From the IMG/VR virus record IMGVR_UViG_3300009147_000001, positions 46,164-110,163 of that record: 64,000 bases of DNA, one strand, 5' to 3'. Each line of letters opens with the position of its first letter. The first letter of the stretch is position 1. The notes under the pieces are model-generated. The model saw only the letters and a program-made list of their open reading frames with translations, was not told the DNA's origin and made no database searches. The position numbers and the translations under genes were made by a program. The stretch comes from a virus. Shown piece after piece: positions 55,086 to 62,519 of this stretch.

Positions 55086-55424
55086 GACCACGTCTACATC
55101 CAGTTGAGAAGCTAAGCACACACGTACTCCGGTGTAGACATATATGTTCCCATCCATACGGCCGAGAATACAACATGTCCCTCCCGATGGGAACTAAAGC
55201 TTTCTCCATCCTACACGAGCGCGATCACCAAGAAGGGACCGATGGAGAAGGAAATTCAGCACGGTCATGGCAGAGATTCATCGAACTACTATCGTCCCAT
55301 CGCATGACCGTGATGGTGGCCTTATCAAATAGGGTGTTTATTATCCAAGCCACGCCCATATGGTCACTGTAGTATGTGGTTGTGTCATACTTGACGCAAT
55401 AATCATAGTTCAACCACACAACCA

Positions 55425-55630
55425 CATACTTTATCATGATCCTGTCACCAACCGAACGTGGCCCAACCCACCCATACACGATCATGATAAAGTATGATAA
55501 TAATTACGCCAAAGACCAATCAGTAAACTATGTCATGCACGTGTAATTATTATCATACTTTATCATGATCACATCATCTGCGGAGCGTAAACCAAAACCA
55601 TTCCATGCGATCATGATAAAGTATGATAAT
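55425..55630. repeat. Four 17-bp cores (CATACTTTATCATGATC) in alternating orientation
   Basis: 55425-55441 fwd, 55480-55496 rev, 55554-55570 fwd, 55609-55625 rev. Confidence 0.92.
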
Positions 55631-55702
55631 GATTTCACCAAGTCTTGTGCATACACCAAACGCAGCCGGTGACACTGTTATTCGTAAGGGAGAACGTGGA
55701 AC

Positions 55703-55846
55703 ATGAGCAACGACGAGGAACGTCTCAAGAAGGTTATTGCGGATAAGGTGGCAGAGGATAAACGTCGAGCCGCAGAAAAACTAGCTGCGGATCAGGCTGA
55801 GCAACGGCTGCATGAGGAAGAACGTCGTCAGCGCAACAAAGAGTAG
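55703..55846 (+). CDS. 47-aa charged helical protein
   Basis: Own translation MSNDEERLKKVIADKVAEDKRRAAEK...; GGGAG RBS. Confidence 0.6.
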   Translation: MSNDEERLKKVIADKVAEDKRRAAEKLAADQAEQRLHEEERRQRNKE

Positions 55847-55855
55847 TTCGCGGTT

Positions 55856-55929
55856 AGCGGGATGGCGCAGGTCGGTAGCGCGCGGGGCTCATAACCCCGA
55901 GGTCATGGGTTCGAATCCCATTCCCGCAA
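55856..55929 (+). tRNA. tRNA-fMet(CAT)
   Basis: 1:72 mismatch, GGG/CCC anticodon stem, CTCATAA loop. Confidence 0.9.
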
Positions 55930-56095
55930 CGTGACGCATAGCTTGGGTTTCGGTTTTTGGTGACGATATCCGAGGCAATCAGCGCATTTATATTGCGGTA
56001 AACCTAGATTGTTGAAATTATGAGGAACCATGTTTAATATCAGCGTGGTATCGTGGACGCTGGTGTGTGGCGCAAACTACGTAAGAAGGTGAGGT

Positions 56096-56416
56096 ATTAA
56101 ACCTGATAGACGTAGACGTCGAGAACAATTAGAAGGTGGCGCTAGCGTCACCAGGGCACAGCTTGATCGTATATATGTCAGAGACAACGGAATCTGTCAG
56201 ATATGCCACGAGCCGTGCGCACGTGAGGATGCCTCGCGTGATCACATCAAGGAAGTGAGATACTGTTCTCGTCAAGAAGCACGAAGTGACAAAAATGTCC
56301 AACTCGCACACAAAGAATGTAATGGACGTCGAGAACGACAATACTTTGATGAATTAGCAACAAAAGGTATGGACCAACTCTTACGGGAGTTGGGCGATCG
56401 GTATCGTAAATACTAG
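56096..56416 (+). CDS. HNH endonuclease, apparent ATT start
   Basis: Own translation ...RDNGICQICHEP...SRDHIKE...NVQLAHKECN...; in-frame TGA directly upstream. Confidence 0.75.
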   Translation: MKPDRRRRREQLEGGASVTRAQLDRIYVRDNGICQICHEPCAREDASRDHIKEVRYCSRQEARSDKNVQLAHKECNGRRERQYFDELATKGMDQLLRELGDRYRKY

Positions 56417-56503
56417 ATGTGGAGGATCGCATGACGGAGCCAACCACACCGGTGGAGCCAACACCAGACGAGCCGGAAAGTGGTCCGGACGAGTAAGACA
56501 CGA

Positions 56504-56637
56504 GTTGTTTTGGGTCGAATGGTATCGGTTATCATATTATCAGTTCGATTCTGAATACTCGCTCCTCACGGATGGCGAGTACTTACACCTAGTGTAAGGG
56601 AATTGTTACCGATAGCAGCTCACATATCCAAAACAAC
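56504..56637 (+). ncRNA. Y RNA-like scaffold E3 (YrlA-type T arm + closed acceptor cargo)
   Basis: 10-bp outer stem; TCAG-TTCGATT-CTGA then TACTCGCT/GGCGAGTA hairpin. Confidence 0.8.
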
Positions 56638-56707
56638 CACAGTATGTTATAGGATCAACTCCGAGACGTGTCAACTACACAAGACATGGGCCATCCTATA
56701 ACATAAC

Positions 56708-56782
56708 GTCTTCGTAGCCCAATATGGTAGAGGCACAGCCTTGAGGTGGCTGACAGTGCAGGTTCGAACCCTGTCGAAGGCA
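56708..56782 (+). tRNA. tRNA-Leu(GAG), short variable loop
   Basis: CAGCC-TTGAGGT-GGCTG. Confidence 0.85.
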
Positions 56783-56876
56783 CGCGGACATAAAAAAGGT
56801 TGGCAGTGACACAAAAGTCCGACACGTGGATCGTATGCCACCGCTGTTGACAAAAAATAACGTGGAACTGCCACTA

Positions 56877-56924
56877 TGGTTTCCTCATTCCTTGGTTTCC
56901 TCATTCCTTGGTTTCCTCATTCCT
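56877..56924. repeat. 16-bp tandem repeat x3 (TGGTTTCCTCATTCCT)
   Basis: Seen directly. Confidence 0.9.
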
Positions 56925-56950
56925 GAAAAATGAGGTGGTGGACTGGGTTG

Positions 56951-57023
56951 GATTCGGGTCGGAAGATATTGGTTATCCTACCACTTTGGAATCAATCCGA
57001 TATCATTATTACACATCCGAATC
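56951..57023 (+). ncRNA. Y RNA-like scaffold E4 (short cargo containing CTTTGGA)
   Basis: GATTCGG/CCGAATC and GATATTGG/CCGATATC stems. Confidence 0.75.
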
Positions 57024-57069
57024 TATCATATGTTTCCTCGTTTTCTTAAAACGAGGTGGTGGAGGCGGC

Positions 57070-57145
57070 AGGTTCGGGTCGAACGTAGATCGGTTATCTT
57101 TGAAAGAAGAGTAAATGCCCGATCTACATCAATATATCCGAACCT
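57070..57145 (+). ncRNA. Y RNA-like scaffold E5 (short cargo)
   Basis: AGGTTCGG/CCGAACCT and GTAGATCGG/CCGATCTAC stems. Confidence 0.78.
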
Positions 57146-57177
57146 TAACAATAAGTGAATGCACGATATCCGAGTAA

Positions 57178-57252
57178 TTGGGTCGAAGATAATTGGTTAT
57201 CCACCCGAGCTAGTCTAGCGCATGGACCAATTATCATAGTGTGTTCTTCCGA
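57178..57252 (+). ncRNA. Y RNA-like scaffold E6 (degenerate 3' motif)
   Basis: GGGTCGAAG, GATAATTGG/CCAATTATC stem, GGTTAT. Confidence 0.65.
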
Positions 57253-57329
57253 CGAGAGCTAGACGCGAAAGGAGTGATCATCATGATCTACCGACGTTAG
57301 CCCACGGTGGGCTGACCGGAAAGGTCACG

Positions 57330-57611
57330 ATGTCACGCACCGATGTTCATCGACCATGGCACGTTCAGATTAATGATCCGTACAATCGCCACATTCTGTA
57401 CCGATATCCTGGTCTTTATAGTGAAATGATGGTAACATCATTCAAGAATATCGGTTGTGGCTGTGCCTTATGTACAGGTACGTTCTTCCGTCGACACGCG
57501 CGTAGACAAGAGCGAGTGCAATGGAGGACGGCTAAACGGGACATACTTAAATGCCAGGCCGCTGACCGTGAGCATATAGATGTACCGCTGATCCGCGGTA
57601 ATGCCTGGTAA
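57330..57611 (+). CDS. Basic hypothetical protein with CGCxxC motif
   Basis: MSRTD.HRP...CGCALC; GAAAGG RBS. Confidence 0.65.
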   Translation: MSRTDVHRPWHVQINDPYNRHILYRYPGLYSEMMVTSFKNIGCGCALCTGTFFRRHARRQERVQWRTAKRDILKCQAADREHIDVPLIRGNAW

Positions 57612-57619
57612 CTTATTTG

Positions 57620-57800
57620 ATTCGGGTCGAAGACACGTTGATTATCGGATCCTGGGGAATCATACCCCAACGCTAGGTTTATTGTATAGTGGGAGATTAA
57701 GACATCGTCCTGAAAAACCACGACAATAAACTGCCTTTCTCTCCTTGCGGCATGGAAAAGTGACGCGGGAAATATTCGACTGTCAATCATACATCCGAAT
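57620..57800 (+). ncRNA. Y RNA-like scaffold E7 (~130-nt structured cargo)
   Basis: ATTCGG/CCGAAT stem, GGGTCGAAG, GATTAT variant, TACATCC; internal GTTTATTGT/ACAATAAAC stem. Confidence 0.68.
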
Positions 57801-57817
57801 TTCATAAAAGGAGTACT

Positions 57818-58453
57818 ATGACGACCCATGTCATTATGGTTGTTGACAAGTCTGGTTCAATGTATCATCTTACCAGCGATATTATTGGTGGGTTCAATCA
57901 ATACATAGATGAACTGAAAGCCCAATCGGATATTGAGTTTCGGTTTACCGTAACCTTATTTGATACGACTTACACATCACTGTGTGTCAATACTCCCATT
58001 GCTGAGGTACCAAAACTTACTCGGGAAAACTATAAGGCTTCGGGTAATACCGCTCTTATCGATGCCGTGGGCAAATCTATACGAGATTTTGATGTGGCCA
58101 CGCCAGAACTAGCCGACAACGACAAAGTACTTCTCGTGGTTCAGACGGATGGTTATGAAAATTCATCTACTGAATATAAGAACACTGATATCGAGAAGAT
58201 GATTTCTGAGCGCGAAGCTACTGGCAAATGGGGATTCGTTTTCCTTGGCGCTGGACCAGATGTCTGGGATCACGCGCATAGAATGGGTTTCAATACTGTA
58301 TCCTCGACAACGCAATCTGGTTCGGCTACCCGCACGCGGTATGGTAAGATGTCCGGTGCTACTATAGCTATGGCTAGCAGTGGGGCACCGGTAGCAGAGT
58401 CCTCCATTGATTGGATGGAACAGGTCGTCGAAGACGACCCTGACGGCAAGTGA
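57818..58453 (+). CDS. Stand-alone vWA domain protein
   Basis: MIDAS DKSGS, GNTALIDA, QTDGYEN, FLGA. Confidence 0.9.
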   Translation: MTTHVIMVVDKSGSMYHLTSDIIGGFNQYIDELKAQSDIEFRFTVTLFDTTYTSLCVNTPIAEVPKLTRENYKASGNTALIDAVGKSIRDFDVATPELADNDKVLLVVQTDGYENSSTEYKNTDIEKMISEREATGKWGFVFLGAGPDVWDHAHRMGFNTVSSTTQSGSATRTRYGKMSGATIAMASSGAPVAESSIDWMEQVVEDDPDGK

Positions 58454-58460
58454 GGCATAC

Positions 58461-58736
58461 ATGGACTATATTGCAGCAGGTAGCCCGTCGGACACCCTGC
58501 TGCAATATGGTGCCATCGGTGCCATTGCGTTGTTGGCATTATTAGCAGTATACAAGTTGTTTCAACGACAAATACAGCAACATGAACGTGACATTGCCAG
58601 GGCTGATAAGGCCGAGGAGCAACTAGCTACACTGAATACTCTCATTCGAGATCAGCTAGTCGTTCAATTAACACGTGCCACCGACTCTATCAGTCGAGTC
58701 GCTGAATTACTCAGAGACGAAGCACGAGGTCGGTAA
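58461..58736 (+). CDS. Single-TM coiled-coil membrane protein (holin-like)
   Basis: QYGAIGAIALLALLAVY followed by coiled coil. Confidence 0.5.
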   Translation: MDYIAAGSPSDTLLQYGAIGAIALLALLAVYKLFQRQIQQHERDIARADKAEEQLATLNTLIRDQLVVQLTRATDSISRVAELLRDEARGR

Positions 58737-58887
58737 ATGATCAAGGATCGGGTCAAGACCGAGGATATTATAGAAGAGTCTACCGATGCTATCAATATGC
58801 TCAAACGGTTGGTGAGCCGATTAGAAGTGTATACAGATCAGTTAGAGCGGGAATTGGCTCTCAAGATCGAATCACAGGAGGACTCGA

Positions 58888-59403
58888 ATGGAAAATGACG
58901 GGCTTGCTGAGCAAGCCCGAGAGTTACGGTCGGGGATTAATGAGTTAAATCTAGCGATAATAGCATTAAGTAACAGAATTGCCCTCTCTGAAGAACTAGC
59001 CAACCGATTAAAGCTGATAGTGCGTGGACTAATTGCTAGTTTTATATGTGGCATTATCGTGGTTGGCTATCTTATAGCAGAGAAGGTGGGCGATGACCGA
59101 TATGTTAAATGTCAAGCACACTTCAACGAAATTTCTAGTATTCGCGACAGAATTATCAATGAAGTATCTGACGATGAGCGTAAGGCTGAACGTGCGCGTA
59201 GTAGCGCATTAGACGCCACATTCTTAGATCCATCTTTACTTAAGCCGGTTGATAAAAGGACTCCGGCTGATACGAAGCGCGTAATTGATCTTTTTATCGC
59301 TTATCGTGAAGCAGCAGAGCGACTCAGAATAGAAGAAAAGAAGGCAGACGAGGCGAGGGCGGCAAATCCTATTCCACCATTACCGTCTGATCTCTGTGGG
59401 TAG
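58888..59403 (+). CDS. Membrane-anchored helical protein
   Basis: One TM; GGAGG RBS. Confidence 0.55.
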   Translation: MENDGLAEQARELRSGINELNLAIIALSNRIALSEELANRLKLIVRGLIASFICGIIVVGYLIAEKVGDDRYVKCQAHFNEISSIRDRIINEVSDDERKAERARSSALDATFLDPSLLKPVDKRTPADTKRVIDLFIAYREAAERLRIEEKKADEARAANPIPPLPSDLCG

Positions 59404-59407
59404 ACAG

Positions 59408-59545
59408 TCCTTCGGGTCGAACGTGATTTGGTTATCTCCTTTTAAGAGAGTGGTTGCAGGTTCGAGTCCTGTCAGGCCCACAATGGGTCTGTAGCTCAAT
59501 GGGCAGAGCACTAAAAACCCGAATTACATCAATATATCTGAAGGA
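59408..59545 (+). ncRNA. Scaffold E8 carrying circularly permuted tRNA-Lys(TTT)
   Basis: 3' half 59436-59480 precedes 5' half 59485-59512. Confidence 0.85.
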
Positions 59546-59935
59546 ACTATATCATGAAACATGATCTTATCATGGAAGAATATCCGTACTTCTCCACTCC
59601 CATGGTGTACGTTGCTATCTGCTCCTGCGGGAGATATGAATCTGGTAATCGGACTAGTCGAATAGACGCAGAGAAATCGTGGCTTGAACACAAGCGAGCA
59701 AAAGAGTCTCCTCATGATTCATGAACAATACTGCTACGGTGCACATACCGATGATCTCACGTGTGAAGAAGTACGAGAACTACGGCAGAGTGCTACCAAT
59801 GACATACGATACTGCCATTACAATCCACGTTCGGCCTATCATAGGTTTGCCGGGGAGAATCCATCTCCGACCGATAGTTGTACGTATAATGGATGTTCAG
59901 TAACGTGGGCAGAGTTTGCTGAATTATAGATGTCT

Positions 59936-60004
59936 GGTACGGGTCGGATTGTTTCGGTTATCTAATGGGTAGAGTTAAACCGATACCTTTTTCATATCCG
60001 TACC
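59936..60004 (+). ncRNA. Y RNA-like scaffold E9 (D-loop-like cargo CTAATGGGTAGAG)
   Basis: GGTACGG/CCGTACC stem, GGTTAT, CATATCC. Confidence 0.72.
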
Positions 60005-60066
60005 GCTTAACCTCCCCGGGAGCGGAGGGAACAGGATGGAATAGTCTAGAAAGCTATTCCATTCTT

Positions 60067-60139
60067 GCCGACGTGCGCTAACGGCAAAGCGATGCGATTT
60101 AGGATTGCATGAATGGGGGTTCGACTCCCTCCGTCGGTA
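60067..60139 (+). tRNA. tRNA-Leu(TAG), short variable loop
   Basis: TGCGA-TTTAGGA-TTGCA. Confidence 0.85.
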
Positions 60140-60193
60140 CGCTAGCCTGGTCATTGCCTTACCAGCAACCAGGTCCACCCCACCAGGCAGCAT

Positions 60194-60266
60194 GCCCTTG
60201 TAGCTCAACGGATAGAGCGCTAGATTACGGATCTAGGTGTTGCAGGTTCGAATCCTGTCAAGGGTA
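60194..60266 (+). tRNA. tRNA-Arg(ACG)
   Basis: CTAGA-TTACGGA-TCTAG. Confidence 0.92.
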
Positions 60267-60267
60267 C

Positions 60268-60405
60268 GTGGGTAAAACAACAGGTGCATGTCCAACATGC
60301 GGCAAGAACCATTCACCATTTTGTGGTAGTAAACCAGATAGCCAAAAACCACAACCAGGACCATGCGCCAAATGTGGACGACTGCATTATCCACCATGTG
60401 ATTAG
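60268..60405 (+). CDS. 45-aa protein with two CxxCxxxHxxxC zinc-knuckle-like motifs
   Basis: CPTCGKNHSPFC and CAKCGRLHYPPC; GTG start right after tRNA-Arg. Confidence 0.55.
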   Translation: MGKTTGACPTCGKNHSPFCGSKPDSQKPQPGPCAKCGRLHYPPCD

Positions 60406-60412
60406 TTTATAT

Positions 60413-60553
60413 GTGAACGGGTCGACAGTGATTGGTTATCATCAAGCTCATAACTTGAAGGTGCAGGTTCGACTCCTGCCTCCGCTACCATGGCGGAGTG
60501 GTGTAATGGCAGCATAATAAAAGTATCCGATTGCGACCAATACATCCGTTCAT
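60413..60553 (+). ncRNA. Scaffold E10 carrying circularly permuted tRNA(CAT)
   Basis: 3' half 60440-60490 (with CCA) precedes 5' half 60492-60514. Confidence 0.85.
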
Positions 60554-60557
60554 CAAT

Positions 60558-60631
60558 GCGGGGACCGAAAATCAGCCTAGCGATGATGATTAGGTAGGTA
60601 TGCTTGAGAGGTTCAATTCCTCTCCCCCGCT
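60558..60631 (+). ncRNA. Degenerate tRNA-like element (acceptor + T arm, no D stem)
   Basis: GCGGGG/CCCCGC and GAGAGG-TTCAATT-CCTCTC. Confidence 0.5.
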
Positions 60632-60972
60632 CAATGGTGTCGAGTACGCATCTGTATGGCAACGTCGCTGCACACGTTAGTTCATATCGAACGAGCCTTG
60701 CCGCGTGCAGCCGAGGTCTCGTTTAGTACTCACCATACGTGGGATATAGGCGTTAACGAATCTAAAAGGTACGTTACAGCCATCGAGCAGGTTCGAAGGT
60801 GTGGCCATGATCCGGGACCTCCTTTCACCCATATGGGGAGCCACGCCTGCGCCTATATCCTATGAATAGGTCAGTGCTACGACTGTTAATCGTCAACACT
60901 GTCAATCGGATGCCAGTCCGAGTGCCCCAATAGTACAATAACTACTGGCATAGTTATTGGTGCGGGGTATCT

Positions 60973-61047
60973 AGGAGTGTAGCTCAGAGGTCAGAGCGCG
61001 AGGTCCGCATAACTTCGAGGTCATAGGTTCGAATCCTATCATTCCTA
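60973..61047 (+). tRNA. tRNA-like gene with 9-nt anticodon loop (TCCGCATAA)
   Basis: Canonical acceptor, D and T arms; AC stem CGAGG/CTTCG. Confidence 0.75.
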
Positions 61048-61075
61048 CGCTAATGTAGTTTCTTACCAAGGAGAT

Positions 61076-61306
61076 GTGTTGAATATCGAGCCCAATGGCC
61101 TTAGAGTAGATCTGTCTCAGGCTGCGTGGCAGAAGTCTTCAAAGTCAGGTCCGTATTCAGATAATTGCGTGGAAGTGGCTTTTGTCGACGGTGCCATTGC
61201 CATGCGGCACTCGAAGAATCCGACGGGTCCAACACTCATTTTCACACAGGGTGAATGGGACGCCTTCATAGCAGGAGCCCGTGATGGAGAGTTCGACCTG
61301 GCATAA
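61076..61306 (+). CDS. DUF397 protein
   Basis: WQKSSKS..NCVEVA..MRHSKNP..L.F..EWDAF. Confidence 0.92.
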   Translation: MLNIEPNGLRVDLSQAAWQKSSKSGPYSDNCVEVAFVDGAIAMRHSKNPTGPTLIFTQGEWDAFIAGARDGEFDLA

Positions 61307-61577
61307 GAGTAGTCATAGTGCCGTCACTGATCAATGCCTCGAAGTACAGTGGCATAAAAGCAGTCATAGCCAACAAGGTAGTGGTAACTGTTTAGAGACA
61401 ACTTTTAAAAAGAGCAGCTACAGTTCTATCCACAATTGTCTTGAAGCAGCTCTGCCAGATGGTACTATCCTCGTACGAGATTCCAAGAATCCTAATGGTG
61501 GAATATTGGAGTTTTCTCCGCAATCATGGGTGAACTTCTTGGGAGGTGTGAGGAATGATGAGTTCAATCTGGCGTAA
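61281..61577 (+). CDS. DUF397 protein with triplicated N-terminal motif
   Basis: Three (W/F)xKSSxS..CLE units then VRDSKNP. Confidence 0.9.
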   Translation: MMESSTWHKSSHSAVTDQCLEVQWHKSSHSQQGSGNCLETTFKKSSYSSIHNCLEAALPDGTILVRDSKNPNGGILEFSPQSWVNFLGGVRNDEFNLA

Positions 61578-61791
61578 AAGTACCTACTGTTCTACTAGCT
61601 GCGGTGAGTGTCTGGAAGCAAGCTTTCAGAAAAGTAGTTACAGTCAAGGTAACGGCAATTGCTTAGAAGCTGCTCTACCTGATGGGACAGTGCTCGTCAG
61701 AGACTCCAAGAATGTCGACGGTGGCGTTCTGGAATTTTCTCCACGTTCCTGGAATGACTTTCTTTATGCAATAAAGAACAACGAGTTCTGA
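61555..61791 (+). CDS. DUF397 protein with duplicated N-terminal motif
   Basis: Two (W/F)xKS(S/T)Y..CLE units then VRDSKN. Confidence 0.9.
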   Translation: MMSSIWRKSTYCSTSCGECLEASFQKSSYSQGNGNCLEAALPDGTVLVRDSKNVDGGVLEFSPRSWNDFLYAIKNNEF

Positions 61792-61796
61792 GTAAT

Positions 61797-61932
61797 TCAT
61801 GACGGGTCGATCGGATGACGGTTATTAGTGGGGTAGTGTAAGAATAACACACCAGATTCCAACTCTGGAAATGAACAGTGAGATGCTGTTCCCCTACTGC
61901 CATCCGTTATTCACCGAATATATCCGTCATGA
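61797..61932 (+). ncRNA. Scaffold E11 enclosing an unpermuted tRNA-Trp
   Basis: TCATGACGG/CCGTCATGA and GGATGACGG/CCGTTATTC stems. Confidence 0.8.
61827..61902 (+). tRNA. tRNA-Trp(CCA), non-canonical D and T loops, encoded CCA
   Basis: AGTGGGG/CCCTACT, CCAGA-TTCCAAC-TCTGG, G73 + CCA. Confidence 0.75.
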
Positions 61933-61935
61933 CCT

Positions 61936-62006
61936 GCCGTTGTAGCTTAGTGGTAAAGCCTCTGTTTTCCAAACAGATGACGAGGGTTCGATTCCCTTCA
62001 ACGGTT
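61936..62006 (+). tRNA. tRNA-Gly(TCC)
   Basis: TCTGT-TTTCCAA-ACAGA, U73. Confidence 0.9.
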
Positions 62007-62130
62007 CGGGGAGTCCAATATAGAAGTGCGCAGATTACCCCCGTTATCAGTGCCACTGTATTGGACTCTCTGATGAGAACCTAAATGAAACGTTAGGAAG
62101 AGGCGTTGACAGGGCATTTAGGTTCTCTTC

Positions 62131-62202
62131 GTCGATGTGGTGTAAGGGTTGCACGACACCACGCCAAGGTGTAGGCTGTGGGTTCGAATCCCATCATCGG
62201 CT
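62131..62202 (+). tRNA. tRNA-Gly(GCC), unusual C33
   Basis: ACACC-ACGCCAA-GGTGT, U73. Confidence 0.85.
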
Positions 62203-62446
62203 CGGCGCTAGGGTGGTGTGCACACCACAGACCAGATATGGGAGCACCTGACCTAGCCAGTGTGCTTCGTTGATCCTTAGTGTGTTGAATCGAATGTGAG
62301 TTCCACATTCTGTGACACTACTAAGGTTCCGTCCACCTCCGATTCGGCTCACGGTCGGAATAAAGGTAATGATGTGGTGGTATTAGCGCAAATACCACTA
62401 TACGGACACTCCTGGTGTACACTGGAGTCAAAGAAGTGAGCCACCG

Positions 62447-62519
62447 GGAGCCATAGACTAAAAGGAAGGTCTCCGCTCTTTCAAAGCGGAAGGTACGGGT
62501 TCAAGCCCCGTTGGCTCTA
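62447..62519 (+). tRNA. tRNA-Glu(TTC)
   Basis: CCGCT-CTTTCAA-AGCGG. Confidence 0.88.

Noticed and set aside
54220-55485. Track ORFs 54220-55485
   Set aside because: They overlap RNA genes, hairpins and repeats and have no recognisable motifs; 54220-54670 is hairpin-rich but I could not assign it.
55425-55630. CRISPR array
   Set aside because: Repeats alternate in orientation, gaps are 38/57/38, and no cas genes are seen.
59975-60865. Track ORFs overlapping tRNAs and scaffolds (also 61878-62308)
   Set aside because: They read through RNA genes; only the Cys/His-rich 60268-60405 part was kept.
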